Shown: positions 1 through 16,727, numbered from the stretch's first letter. The stretch: 64,000 bases of DNA from Eledone cirrhosa (GCA_964016885.1 OZ024742.1:138384001-138448000); one strand, 5' to 3'. Notes: a model not told the origin generated them from the letters alone. Translations and numbers: made by a program.

Positions 1-1332
1 GTGGGAATTTATATCACCCACAGATTACAAGGAAAATTCAAGGATCTCCACGGTGGAATTTACCGTGACGATGCGCTCCTATTAGTTAAGAATATGAATA
101 ACCAGAATTTAGAAAGGATGCGTAAAAATATCAGAAAACTTTTTAAAGAACTAGGATTAAATATTACATTTGAATATAACCTCAAAGAGGTCAATTTCCT
201 TGATGTTACTTTCAATCTCAATACAGATACGATTAAACCGTTCCATAAACTAAATGAGAACCTTAAATATGTAAATACGAGTTCTAACCATCCACTCTCT
301 ATAATTAAATCCATCCCTAGAAATGTTTCTCTTAGAATCTCCCGCCTATCGTCCAACCAACAAACCTTCAAAGAACATGCCGAGTATTATGATGATGCAC
401 TTAGGAAAGCCGGTCACCTAGATAATATAGAGTATATAGTCAATGATCACCAAAACACCCAAAATAAATCACATAGGAGTAGAAATAGCACAGAATCACC
501 ACCATACATACACTACCGCAATAGACACAATAATAGTCGCACACCACCAAACAGTAGGCGATGTAAGGAGTATATCTGGTACAACCCGGTCTATAACAAA
601 TCTATTAAAACCAATCTACCCTCAAAATTCTTTCGATTAGTTAGAAAACACTTTCCAACATCACATAAATATAATAAAATCTTAAACCCTAACACCATCC
701 GACTTTCATATTCAACCGCCCCTAATATTGAACAACATATAAAAATGCTTAACGCAAAACGGTTGTATAAACGCCTTCCAAGACATAACAATACACGTAA
801 AACATTAGCTATAACATCACAAAACAACAAACAACATCCTGTTCTACATAAGCAACCTCATCAACCCATCCATGGCAATACAACAACGCAAAATTGTAAT
901 TGCAACTGTGTCCAACCAGGAATGTGTCCGTTGAACAACCAGTGTCTTGAACGCAACATCGTATACAAATGTACTATCGAATCGGATAGACAGAAGTGGT
1001 ACTATGTGGGATCTACAGCCACCTCCTTTAAATCACGCCTTTATAGACATCGTTATTCGATAAAACATGAAAACCAGCGTTATGTAACAACACTCGCAGA
1101 CAAGGCTTGGCAGCTGCGTGAAAATAACCAACAATTTCACCTAAAATGGGATATAATAGCGACTGCCCCCCCATATTCCAATGGACAGGAATTTTGTAGA
1201 TTATGTAATGTAGAATTATTTTGTATTATGAAATCCAAAAACATTTTATTAAATAACAGAATAGAGCGATCGTTATACTGTAACCATCGCTTAAAATCTA
1301 CATTTTCATATTATAAATACTACGAGGATTGA
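1..1332 (+). mobile_element. Penelope-like element ORF, 3' part (RT C-terminus plus GIY-YIG endonuclease), open to the window edge
   Basis: GGIYRDDALL (RT catalytic motif), VNFLDVTFNL, YVNTSSNHP, IWYNP, CNCVQPGMCPLNNQC linker, IVYKC...YYVGST...FKSRLYRH (GIY-YIG), CRLC...LLNNR..CNH. Confidence 0.93.
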
Positions 1333-1799
1333 ACGCCTGTCTCTATCCCCGTTTGATTGTCAAAATAGATATGAACATTCTTTATTAGTCTTAATTCTAT
1401 CAACTCTTCTATTATTTACCTTTTAATACAAACTGCTATAGATAAAATGAGATTTCTGATTTTTTGATTCAATTCCCTAGAGCAAATACCAGCTGACCAC
1501 TAGCATTGATGTTATTTAGTAGCAATCGAAATCTCCCCCTTCCCCAATTGACACTTTATGATTAATACTACTGCACCAAATGACCAGCCCTGTCCACTGT
1601 CCAGTTGGTCAAGTAGAGATTAAAATCGGCACCCCCAAAATTCTTATTTAGATTTACTCATGGTATTCTCATTAAAAACCCATTATATACTTGTTTAGCA
1701 GTAAATTATTTTACCATCTGTCATATTCTATCCCCTCTGTTCCTTCCTCTTTTACTAATATAAATACTTCAATTTTTCTGATTTTATCCAGTTTATCCA

Positions 1800-1920
1800 A
1801 AATCTCTGAAGAAGTGACAACTGATTATACATTTGCTATCGAATACTTGCTAACATTATATGATTACGCAAGCAGCGATACATAGGTATTCGGTCTGTTA
1901 CAGAAACATATGTCAATACC
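1800..1920 (+). ncRNA. Hammerhead ribozyme-like motif in the PLE 3' pLTR, stem I degenerate
   Basis: CTGAAGA-a-GTGACA...TGTTAC-a-GAAA-CATATG-TC, followed by AATAAA at ~1922; stem I pairing not evident. Confidence 0.55.
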
Positions 1921-2079
1921 TAATAAATTCCTTTTTTAACAAAAGCACTTTCATTTTATATTCATCCTTTCTACATTTCTCCGGAATATAATTTATACTC
2001 GTTGAGCAAACCTGCACGTACGCTGTTCATCTCTAACGTAACGATATATTATCACTACATTATTGATAACCTGAAATTT

Positions 2080-3530
<1,451 letters not shown>

Positions 3531-3829
3531 GTCTGCGTACGCGCGTGTTTATGTACGAAAGAGGCATATATATATATATAAGTGCATATGTTATCGTAAT
3601 TAGTGTATATAGACAAAGATAAACTTAGACCTCGTATGTAATACTACTGCCACTACGAAATCGGAAAACAACAAAGACAAACATTAGAATTGCATCGAAT
3701 ATAGGTATCATGGGAATGGAAAGTAACATAAGAGAACATACATTTTAGGCAATTACTGAAAGGTGAATTGAGTCTGAGACAGAAATATAAATCAATGCGA
3801 TTAAAATTTGCATTCTTTCAATATATATT

Positions 3830-4570
<741 letters not shown>

Positions 4571-5029
4571 TTATGTCATATTAAGCACAAGCCTACCGCT
4601 TCTTTCCGTTACGCTATTAACAGATCATGATGATATCTTCATTTTTTTAAAATGTTATGTGCTCAAAAATAATATCGATTTTCTATGTTTAAATTACCAT
4701 CTATATTCCACCACTCTCTGTCACATGAATCAGATATTTTGGGCAACTATGTTAGATTTTTATTTGAAATATCTGATTTTAAACGATCCCAAACTAATGC
4801 AAGAATTCTTCGTATAATTTCCTATGAAGTAGAACACACCCGATAAGAAGAACGATAAAGAGAATGTCCTTGCTTCTTCTCTGAGAGACATGTGTGTAAA
4901 TTATAATCAAATTAATCATTCTGACATGGTATAGAAGGAAGGAAGTCGATCGTTAAGATCCTAGATGGCACTCGCTTACCGGTTGGGGTGGATCTCGCTT
5001 GTCAAATCGGACCAATGAAACTATGTTTA

Positions 5030-5170
5030 CCGATCGCGAATCTTGGCAGAAGGAACAACGTCAAATAACGAGTCGTGCTCAAGAAAATAATGCACCACCC
5101 GGTCTTGGAATCGAACTCCCAACTTCATAATTGTAAATCAAATTCTCCAACAGCAAAGTCAAGCGCCTAG
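5030..5170 (-). mobile_element. tRNA-derived SINE family B, degenerate
   Basis: Reverse complement has a GAGTTCGATTCC B box and TTGAGCACGAC core; similar to 24560-24700. Confidence 0.6.
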
Positions 5171-5239
5171 GCACATCTAAATACAAAAAACAAAACAAAA
5201 ACAAAAATGATATCACTATTCAAATAAAATAAAGTCAGA

Positions 5240-5335
5240 AGGGCGGTGAATTGGCAGTATGGGTAGAGCGTCAGACACCATGCTTTACAGCATAGTTATG
5301 GCCCTTTACGTTCTGATTTCAAATCCCGCCGAGGA
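5240..5335 (+). mobile_element. tRNA-derived SINE family A, head only
   Basis: ggcggtgaattggcag...ttcaaatcccgccgagg, shared with many copies in the window. Confidence 0.7.
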
Positions 5336-6134
5336 ATTGATCAGCTCTATCCAGTGGTGAACCTCAAACCTGAATATATTCTATTCTATTCTAAGGCAAT
5401 GAAGCTGGAATATCGTGCCTAATAATATGTGGTTGCCAAACCACTATCAATTAGTATATACTCTTACCATGAACAATCATGCTTCTGAAACGATCCTTTT
5501 CTTTTCATTGTTCAAGATACACACAGTGAAATAAACATACACAGACACAGACAGACACAGACAGACACATAGGCACACACATGCACACACACGTACACAC
5601 ACACAGACACACATACACACACAAATATATATATATATATATATATATAAACAAAATATGAATAAATCAAAATAAAAACGTCTCGATTTCGTTTTTCTGT
5701 AAAACACTCAATGGAATAAAGATGCCAGAATGTCTCATAACAAAGAATATAAATGCGACAATATTACGGAAACAAAATTAATTATATCTTGTAATACATA
5801 TGACAAAGCTGGAAAGTAATCAGAATGTAAATTTATTACTTACATTACATTGCTAATTGTACCTATAGAGATGTTTAGAACCATACAGCAAAAATGCCCA
5901 GCTACCAATAGTTAGCATGTGATTCATGTGTGCTCGCACCCATGCGGGTGTTTGTGTGTAGCGAAATTATCACATTACGAAATGCAGACCCATATCGCCA
6001 TGACGCCATCACAGGAAATAGCTCTGATGAAATCGAAGAGTATAATTGACCACAACATGACTCTGCTGCGTTCTCTACTAATTCTGCTCTCACACGGTAA
6101 AGAAAGTTGAGCTTTGATAGACACACATACACAT

Positions 6135-6166
<32 letters not shown>

Positions 6167-6247
6167 TAAAATAACAGATTAAAGTTTAAGCAAAGAATCG
6201 CTGCTTTCACCCTTAACGGGATCTTCTGAAACTAATAAAGTCAATCT

Positions 6248-7971
6248 GTGAACGCAGAAGTGAATATTTCAAAAAACGTTAACGATACTGGGTTAAAAAT
6301 CACCTCTGATCTCAACATCCTGGACCGGACAGAACCTCTGGACCCTATTTCTCCCCACTTTACCCTGAAGGATCACAAATACAATTTTCCGAACAACCCT
6401 TCTATTCGGTTTATTAACCCTACGAAGTCCGATTTAGGTAGACTTAGTAAAAGGATTCTTGATAGAATTATACCTGAAATTAGAAGTTTGGCCCCTCTTA
6501 CACTGTGGAACAATTCTTTCGCGGTGATTGATTGGTTTAACGGCATATGCAACGAGGAACATTGCCGTTTTATCCAATTCGACATCAATAATTACTACTC
6601 CTCCATCACTTTACCACTTCTCCTTAGAGCTATCAATTTCGCTAAAACACTCACAGTGGTTAAGGATTTCGAAGTTGATGTCATCCTCAATGCCCGTAAG
6701 TCGGTGATTAATTTCGACGATTCTACTTGGATTAAAAAATCCAATAGTACCCCATTCGACGTGAGTATGGGCGCCAGCGATTCTGCGGAGGTTACTGATC
6801 TTATCGGCCTTTTCCTTCTTTTCTCTATCAAAGAAGAATTCCCCAACGGGGGCGGTGGTTTGTACCGTGATGATGGTCTTTTGACCATGACTAAGTGCGG
6901 CCCACGTGCTTGCGACAGGTTCAGAAAAGAACTCACAGCCTTCTTTAAAGGCTTCAACTTCTCCATACAGGTTGAGGCCAACCTCTCTGTCGTTAATTAC
7001 ATCAACGTTACCCTCAATTTATCAAATGACTTTCATTACCCGTATAGAAAGCCGAATGATACGTTTAATTACATAAGTAAGCTTTCTAACCATCCTGCCA
7101 GCATAACCAAGAACCTGGTAAGAAACGTTTCTTTGAGGCTTTCCCGTCTATCTACTAACGAGCATATTTTCAACGACCATTCCACATATTACAATGAAGC
7201 TCTTGCTCGGGGTGGATTTGTCGATAAGGTAGCATATACAGAGTACGAGAATAGACCTAGAAGAAATAGATCCCGACGCATTATATGGTATAACCCACCA
7301 TATAATATGGACGTGACCACACCATTAGCTAAGATCTTTCTCTCCCTTATTATGGTGCATTTTCCCCTACACATAAATATAGTAAAGTTTTTAATAGAAA
7401 TACTATTAAAATTTCTTACTCTACGACTCCTAACCTTGCACATAACATCACAGCTGCAAATTTAGCTAAACTACCTAGCCATAGGAACACGTGCAACCCT
7501 GTAGTTAGTACTAACTGTAATTGTAGGAATCGGGTTGACTGCCCCCTATCCGGGAAATGCCTCTCTAGTAACATTTTCTACAAATGTAAGGTTGAAACAC
7601 CCACGTCCCGTAGGGCCTACATAGGGTTAACCACCAATAGATTCAAGCAGCGTCTTTACATGCATACCCATTCTTTTCGTTACCCTTTAAGAAGGAATAT
7701 GACGTCACTTTCAGCTTATATCTGGAGTCTAAAAGACAACCATACCCAATATAAATTACACTGGGAGATTCTTGCTAGGGCTAGATTGTATAACGGAAAT
7801 AAAAGACCATGTGACCTCTGCGCCGCTGAGGCTCTGGAAATACTCTACGCCAAAGACTTCATCTTAAACAGAAAATCTGAGGCAATTTCGGCTTGTAAAT
7901 ATAAATTGCACAAAACTTTCCTAACGGATAGTACGAACTATACGCGGATATTTTACGTCTTGATGTGGTAG
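6248..7971 (+). pseudogene. PLE RT plus GIY-YIG, with one frameshift near 7365
   Basis: IRFINPTKSDLG, FIQFDINNYYSSI, FDVSMGASDSAEVTDLIG, GGLYRDDGL; the next frame reads CNCRNRVDCPLSGKC...AYIGLTTNRFKQR, CDLC. Confidence 0.92.
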
Positions 7972-8619
7972 CTAAGTATATGTTATATTTATACCATTAC
8001 TTATTTGTATAGGTAAGTATATATTACCTGTATGTTTTATGAAGGTACGTATACTTCCTCGTACGTATATTTGATTGTAGGTGTTTTGGCGTATATATTA
8101 TATATTCTGGTACATATGCTTTTGGTTATGTGTATACGTGAGTTTTGCGTCTGTGTGAGTATGCGGGTTCGTACGTATGTAGGGTGTATGTATATGTGTA
8201 CTTCGTGTTTTGGTTGACGTACGACTCCGAACATATGTGTATTTACATGTAGGTATGTGTGTGCGCTTGTTATATACGTATTTATCTATTTATATACGTT
8301 TATTTAATTATATGTATACACGCACACACACACATATATATATATATTAATATATATCTTTTTATATATATTTTTGTGTGTATTTGGTGTATACATTCGT
8401 ATGCGTCGGGTACAGGCGTTGAGTGGGTTCTGTATGTGCGTGTGGGTTTTTTTTGTTTTTTCTTCGTGTACGTGCGTGAATTTGTATACCTATGGCGAGT
8501 GTTTACGCGTATGCTTGTGTATGTACGTATATGGATGCGTGAATGTATTTGTTTCAATTACCTCTGTATTTTATTTACTTTATTCTTAACTCTGAAACCG
8601 AGAATCATTCGGTTTCCTA

Positions 8620-8897
8620 GTTAGAATTTTTGTCTACGACTTCAGTTATACCATTTACGTAGTTTCTCTTTGCGTGCATTTGTTCTCTCCGCTCCACATT
8701 GACGTATTATCTTCGTTTTTTCCGTTCATTGCCTGAGAACGTCTCTAAGAACCACCTAATAGAATATTTGTCTACGACTTCTTTTATACCATAAACGTGG
8801 TTTTGTGTTTGCGTGTAATTGTTTTTCACCGCTCCAAATAATGACGTATTATATTCGTTTTTCCCCCGTTCTTTGCCAGGGAACGTTTCCACGAACC
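8620..8897 (+). repeat. Diverged ~138-bp tandem duplication inside the PLE 3' region
   Basis: tagaat.tttgtctacgacttc...gacgtattat.ttcgtttt...gaacca occurs twice. Confidence 0.75.
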
Positions 8898-9134
8898 AAA
8901 GTATCGTCTTCCTGTCTTGCTCCGGTTGCAACGTTTTTTGAAATATTCACTTCTGCGTTTACAGATTGACTTTGTTAGTTTCAGAAGATCCCGTTAAGGG
9001 TGAAAGCAGCGATTATTTGCTTAAACTTTAATCTGTTATTTTAATAAATATTTGCTCTACGGTTCATATATATTTGATATATATTTATCCTTATCGAGCC
9101 CTCTTTGGATTTTAGTCTTCAAATTTATTATTAT

Positions 9135-9180
<46 letters not shown>

Positions 9181-9499
9181 AGGGAGTGTAACGCGGAGTT
9201 ACTGTAGGTTCAGCCGGGTCTTGCACTCGATGTTTAGATTCACGTCATTATCGAGGTGTAGCGCTAGACAAGGCCAGCAATTATTCCAGGGTATTACTGT
9301 TTAGTTGGAGATTGGTGTAAATATCTCTCTCCTGGACGATCGTTTCTGTGTAATATAAGTTTGCAAATGCAGATTTTACTTCTGCAATGTTCAGAAAAAT
9401 CACATAAAATCAGTGGATACTTACGTAATCGTGTATATATATGTATATACAAATGTATGTGTGTGTATGTGTGTATAGATACATATTTAGATATACTTT

Positions 9500-9605
9500 G
9501 GCACGTGGCTTTGCGGTTAGATTATTTCATTCACAAACGTGAAGTTGTGAGTTCTATTCCAAGACCGGGTGGTGCATTATCTTCTTCATCATGACACTTT
9601 ATATC
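9500..9605 (+). mobile_element. tRNA-derived SINE family B, fragment
   Basis: gtggctttgcggttag...gtgagttctattccaagaccgggtggtgcatt. Confidence 0.55.
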
Positions 9606-10274
9606 ACGTTGATCCTTCTGACAAGATTTGCAATCGGTAGATAGTATTAGTTTTGTTGGTCTAATTTCTTTTCTTTTTTTGACGAGGTACGGTATAGAGA
9701 GATATATAGATATATACATATAGATAGATGTGTGTGGCTGTGTGTATATACGTGATTGTGTGTGTGTAGGTGATGCTAAATCAGTGAGGTAAGTCACGGA
9801 TATACGAAAATGAAATACCTGTTGACTTCAAGATTTATACGACAGCACATCAATATAGAAAATGAATTAAAATATCAATAAAAACAACCAAATAAATGAA
9901 CCCTCGTAGACCCATGGGGAAAAAAACACATGTTGTGGTGGTGTTTTTTTGTGTTGGTGATAGTTATAATCGGTAGATTAAAATGAGAGATGGATTGCTT
10001 AAAGAGAGAGGAGTTGATGTGGATGATGGTGCAGTGTTAAGGAAGATTAAATTGAGATAGGTAGGTATAACGATGATAATGTTGAGAATAATATTATGGG
10101 AAACTTTGAAGGCATAGAGACACGACAGATTGTAGTGGTGTGGACGACAGATAAAAATGTGTCGTGTTGTGTACCAATGTGACTGAATGTTGAGAATCGT
10201 GGAGCTTCCTTTCTATGCGTCCTTTTGACATTAAAACTCACATTAAACGGAATTGTAGAAAGAATGTACGATAT

Positions 10275-10660
10275 ATAATTGTTTCTACTTTTGGCACAAG
10301 TCCAGCTATTACCCCAGTGTATTACTGGTACTTTATTTTATTGAACCCGTAAGGATGAAAGGCAAAGTCAACCTCGGCTGGATTTGAACTCAGAATGGCA
10401 AGGGCCGTAACTCAATGCGTCAAAGCATGGCGTCCGACCCTCTACCGTACCGATACTGCCAATCCACATATATAATAATTGTTTCTACTTTGAGCACAAG
10501 GCCATCAATTATCCCAGTGTATTACTGGCACTTTATTTTATCGACCCCATAAGGATGAAAGGCAAAGTTAACCTCGGCGGGATTTGAACTCAGACTATAA
10601 AGGGCCATAACTCTTTGCTGCAAACCATGGTGTCGACCCTCTACCGATACTGCCAATCCA
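10275..10660 (-). mobile_element. Two tandem SINE family A copies (~190 bp each)
   Basis: aattgtttctacttt...ggatgaaaggcaaagt.aacctcggc.ggatttgaactcag...actgccaatcca, twice. Confidence 0.9.
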
Positions 10661-12626
10661 GTGTTAATACTTTTCTATTTTAATACTTATCCGATTGAAT
10701 GTATTTTGCATATATATGCATACCAGCAAGTGTGTGAGGTGTGTGCACTGCATGTGTATGCGTACATGTGTGTGTGTACATTTCCGCATATGTATTCATT
10801 CAGGGAGATATATAATATTGAGAATATCGTGTAACATCCCGTTTACTATATTGTCCTAACAGTCATGATAACCACCATTCTACACCACCTCCATAGCACC
10901 ACCATCATAAATATGAGCTTTGTCCTCATCTCCATTAACTCCATATTCAGAATCAACATGATCTTCATTTACTACATCTTCATCACATTCACTATCACTA
11001 CTATCACCACCGCTACCACTACCAGCAGCGTTTGCCATGACTTCCTTGACTTCTTAACTCACATCACCACCACCATCACCATCATTAATATAGCTCACAA
11101 TCTTTATCGCCGACATCCTCGTCACCACCATCATTATCCTTACCATCACAACATCCCATCCTTCTCTCCTGGAGCGAGATTAATTTTCTGCCTTTTTATT
11201 TACGACCTTTTACAAGCAGAGCCGCCGTTATCAACCTGCAAACTATCTCTTACTACAAACCTTGACGTTAGTACATCCAGCACCGCCTAACCACCATTTA
11301 TCACCTTTATCACTACTGTTATCAGAACCACTTCATCTATTTACTCATTCATTTATTAATACATTTATTTATTTCATAATTTATGTACTCACTTATCGTA
11401 CCACTATCATCCTCACCACCACCATGACCACCACCACAATCATTATCATCGACATCATCATCATCCTGATCATCATCATCATCGTTATTAATGCTTTCGC
11501 CACTTGCACCCACCATCATCAATATCACCTGCACACTCATCAGTCCCAATGCCATATCAATTTACCACACCATCACCAACATCACAATAAAAAATGATAT
11601 TTTTTACGGCGCCTTACATGAGAATGTACGTTATTCCGTGACTGGGAAATGTCTGGTTTTGATTTATATTTCTACTAACGAAATAGGAACTTGTAGAAGG
11701 AATAAAATTACTCATGAAACACTTGTGAGTTTATCTCACCTTTGTTTTATTCCCCGACCGTCCTTAATAGGCATAAAATCACTTTGAGGTTCAATGCTAC
11801 ATTATTATTTGGAGATAATTGTTGTCTTTTCCAGTGTATACCATCTTATTATGAATATGTTTAAGATATGGATTCAGTGAATGCCTTGATAAAGAAACGA
11901 GATATAGTGATCTACATGCCTTTCTGGCACCATTGCTGACGTAATTATAATGATGTGACTTGCTAATTCGACACTATAAATCAAGAATAACGGGGAATAA
12001 ATATAACCTTTGGCTCCCACAATTCAATTTAACATCAATTTAGACCCCTTAATACACTTGGCTGAGACGATTGGTAAAATAATCAAATCACTGCATTAGG
12101 AAATTTATCGTTAAATCTTAATTCGAATTTTTCACAAAGAATCTGAGAAGAAAATAAGATTGAAATACAGAAGGACGAAATAATCACAGTTTCTATATAA
12201 TGAACATACTAGTTCTATCCTCTGAATGTCGCTGAAGTCTGTCCTGTCATTTAATGTCTATGAATCAATATCAAATTCACAAAAATTGGTTACAGAGTAC
12301 ATTCTTCACAGAATTTAATAGAACATGCCTTTTAATTCCATGAATTGTTTGTTTTCGACATTTAAATGGAAAGAAATTAAATTTACTTCGACATTTCGAT
12401 TACATTCCTCAGTCAAGGAAATGCAGAACCATTTTAGACTCGATTCTATTGTTGAGTAAATTATATTAAAACTGAAAACGATAAACAATAAGAGAAATGT
12501 TCTACAACAATAGAAATGACGCAAGATTTTCTTCTTGGAAATGTTTAAGTGATTCAGATATTTACTCACTCTCTCTCACTTACTCTCTCACGCGCACACT
12601 ATCTCCATCTCCCCCTCTCTCTATCT

Positions 12627-12674
<48 letters not shown>

Positions 12675-12919
12675 TCTTTAACACATTTCCCTCATTTTCT
12701 CGTTACACTACCTTCATACAGTCATTGGACTTTGAGGTATAGTGAGACACTTAAAAATTAGTCGATCACATTAACCCCAGTACATATTTTAGCCTCGGGC
12801 ACTTCCTGTGTTAGCGCATTCCTATTTGTCTAACTGGGAAGTTACAGGGCATGCAAAATGTTAATAGAGACATCGACGAATACATGCACTAGCACACTGA
12901 ATTATATATAGACTCCTAT

Positions 12920-13010
12920 ATACATACATACATACATACATACATACATACATACATACATACATACATACATACATACATACATACATACATACATACA
13001 TACATACATA
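12920..13010. repeat. (TACA)n microsatellite
   Basis: Seen directly. Confidence 0.95.
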
Positions 13011-13256
13011 GTTATTATTTCGTTAAACAAGTTTTCCCTTGTGCTATTATAGCAGCCTTTCTCAGTTTTGGTTGTATGACAACAAATCTAATTGACTGGT
13101 TATCAAATATTTTCCTGTTCGTTAAGATGCTGATTTCTCTAAGACAATAGTTGTTCTTCATACATGGAGACATACAGACAGGAACATGCAATCTACACAA
13201 ATATATCTCCTATACATAAATAAAAAATATATGCATTTACATACATACATATATAT

Positions 13257-13305
<49 letters not shown>

Positions 13306-14901
13306 TATACGTGTGTATGTGTCTGTGTCTTTTTATGTAAATATATATTGATTTATCTAAATAAGTTCAAGTCAATCCAAAGCCCAGCAATCCGCTATTT
13401 AATACGGTTTTGTAGGCATTAAACGACTGATAGTACATGACTCCCGCAGGGATACTCTCCAACCACTATTGGTACTCATTTTCAGCTGAATATACTGGTG
13501 CAACGTAAAATTGCTATGCTCAAGAACTCAACGCCCCCACCTCACTGTCCAGAAATCAAACCCCGACATCATGATCCCTAGTCCACTTATTGCAGACGTT
13601 CTCTATGTCCTTAACGTTTACCTTTAAAACCATACCTAATCGGAATTTAAAAGTATCAGTATACATTTTTCTTTTCGAAATTGTAATCCTGAACTAATTT
13701 GGAGCCAAATAAAATATCCTCGAAAGACAATTTTGCTAAATTTGCAATGACGAAAATTCGAAAACAAATTTAGTAATCCAAACAGAAATAGTTTTTCATT
13801 CCAGATTTCTATTTTCTAAATCACAAATCCATGTTTTCTCCAGAGAGAAAATTTCATTTCACTTACGGTTCACATTCGGAGCAGTTAAACATAGGGACGA
13901 TAGTATATAAGTCTTTGGCTACGATCACACATCGGATATTTGAGGATTTAAGGACAACTGAATTTTCTCCTCAATCCCTTGTATCCTACTTCTTTCTTGT
14001 GCCTTTTGAATTTCTTCAACAATAATATTCACAATGCAGCACAAAACATGAAGCTTATGTATAAATCATATCATATAAATGATTTACATTAATCTGGATA
14101 TTTTAGTATATAAAATTTCATATTTTGATTATCTGTTAGACACGCAGTGACTAACAACACAATGTTTTAAGTCTGCGTGTCTGACATATATGCGTAGCTT
14201 GTGAATAAAAAATTCAAGGGGTGACGCTGGCCGTGGTGAGCGCTGCCAAACATGTTTTGTAATGTATCGTCTTATTGGCTAATTTCATCGTCTTATTGGC
14301 TAATCAACCAACGAGAGTAATTTTTGCTCAAAAGCATCCGCCATTTTGTTTGCACGTTTATTTATCGTTTCGCTTTCGAATCTTCCTTCTGTATTTCGTC
14401 GTTTATCATCAAAATATTTTTCTCGTTTTGGTAAGTTATTATTGTTATAATATATATATTGTTAATTTATATATGATTTTTTAAATTTATATTAACTATT
14501 TTTTTTTCAGCTCGTTATAACATGCTTATAATATTGGTTGTATCCTATTTACTTGTAGATTTGTCCATATTATTGTTCGTTTTATGTGAGATTATTTTAT
14601 TATTATTATGTTAGATGTTTTTTTTTATTAATATGTTAAACTATTTGTATGTAATATTTATTTTTTATTAATTCAACTATAACAATTATTATGTAAAATA
14701 TATTTATTTAATATTGATTGCTTTTTGTAGTTGTTTATATTAAAAGTCTGAAAATATTTTTATACATCATACAATAATATTTATAAGATCATTTATAAAA
14801 TAACAATTATATAATCTAATTACATTACAACGATATTTTATTATTAATGTATATCATGTTTAACTAGAGTTATTACAAGCGTTGCCTTAAAAAAATATTA
14901 A

Positions 14902-15327
14902 ACTAGACCTGAAAAAAGCGCAAGCTCAAAAGAACCACAGAATGTTATAATAAACCTTCAAAAGTGTGGGACTAGAGATTTTGCTCAAAAATATTGTAAT
15001 CATTATCTATCGTACACTCTGTGGTATCCTTTTATAAAAAAGAGACTCATAACGAACTCAAGACGACACGATAATTATTTAAGTGAATTTATAATACAGA
15101 ATTCGGTTTAAGTGCATTTCGTATTAATCATTACTAAACATCTAATATGAGATATTGAACATTAGCTTAAATAATTATTGTGTCATCTTGAGTTCGTTAT
15201 GAGTCTCTATTTTATAAAAGGATGCCACAGATGTGTACGATAGATAATGATTACAATATTTTTGAGCAACGACTCTAGTCCCACACTTTTGTGGCACTTT
15301 TGAGCTTGCGCATTTTTCAGGTCTAGT
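14902..15327. repeat. Inverted repeat with ~165-180-bp arms and ~80-bp spacer
   Basis: ctagacctgaaaaa.gcgcaagctcaaaag...gataattatttaag versus its reverse complement at 15166-15327. Confidence 0.9.
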
Positions 15328-16727
15328 ATAATTTTCGCCCAAAACGACGATTTTGAATAGGCTTTTCTAATTTCTCCGCAATAGCAAATACGTGAGTGTA
15401 CATACATTCACCACAGCCAGTATATCCATACCCAATACCAATGCTATCGTGCATTTTAAAATTATGTTTCTGAGCTTAAATTCGGAAGCAAAATGTGTAA
15501 TTTTCATGCAAGTATATAACCAAATTTAAAATTGGTTTCCTGTTAAATTATCGAGGATACATTGAAAGTGAGAAGTACCTATAATGGAACCATCCAGTCT
15601 AATCTATTTCAGATTACTCTCTTCGAATGCTGTAATTTTAAAAAAATTATAGATAACTGAATTATATGATGAGACATATGCATCATCGGAAAACAAAACG
15701 CTTTATGGTGAAATTATATTGATGGGGTAGTTACTCTTTCTTATATTGGAAACTTTAAAGAAACAGATAAAACACAGGATTGAACCCGGTTCAAAAATCC
15801 ATTAAACAGAGATATTCAATTTCCACTATCTTCGCTAATAGAAATAATTTAAATAGAAAGTCACATATTTCTTTCTTTTTTCTTTTTTTCTTCTAATGTA
15901 TTTCTAAACAGCACGTAAGAAAATTTTTACTGAGGTTACATTATATATACATCAAGATTTTAGCTAATAAGAATATATTTAATAAAAGTATTTACTTCAA
16001 AAAGGTAACGATTATTTGTTGAAATCACGAAGCCTCAGTTTATAAACACAAAGATATTTAGAAATGTAAAACGTAATTTCAATTGTTCTGAATTAAAGAG
16101 TTGTTTTTTCTGTTCACTTCCAGAACTAAACATATTATTTAGCTTGACTCTTTTCTTGTGTTCGTTTCATTTTATGCAGTTATATATAATCTAGGTAGAC
16201 GTAAATAATCGTGCTGGTGTCTACAAGTATTTCAATTAGACTTCAGTAATTGTATTGTTCCTCTTGATATAATATTTCTGTTTAAGACAGAAAACTTGAA
16301 GCCATTGCCTGGATAAAAAAGAAATGTTATTCATTTGAATGCCATTGACATTTTCATTTGTTACTTCATTTATTTTTATTATTCAGAAATTTTACGCTGT
16401 AAGAGTTTTATAACTGGTGTTATATTACATTTCTACTCACCCTGACAACGAAGAACAAGTGTGATTTTTGAGTATCGCCTTTCATTTGATACTAAACATA
16501 ACGCATTAACTAAATCTGAATTGTTTCTGCATCATTCAATCTCGCTAATATAATGTATTTGCTTCAGGATTGACTAAAAATTCGATTTCACTTGGCTATA
16601 TTAGGCTACATGGTTATTCAGAGCGACTGTTATCATTGATCGTTAACAATACCTCTTTAGTTTACGTTAGTTCTGTTCCAAATTAATTAATAATTAGTTA
16701 CTTAAAAATAATTTCTAATATTAAGAA

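Larger units (their letters stand above)
6165..9130 (+). mobile_element. 5'-truncated Penelope-like element with an inverted pLTR fragment at its 5' end
   Basis: 6165-6247 is the reverse complement of ~8963-9045; coding region 6248-7971; (TA)n flanks on both sides. Confidence 0.9.

Noticed and set aside
6020-6112. HHR candidate agct-CTGATGA...GAAA-gttg-agct
   Set aside because: Stem III and the cleavage triplet are missing; at best a relic
10865-11597. His/Thr/Ile-rich ORFs
   Set aside because: Degenerate (CAT)/(CAC) trinucleotide low-complexity sequence
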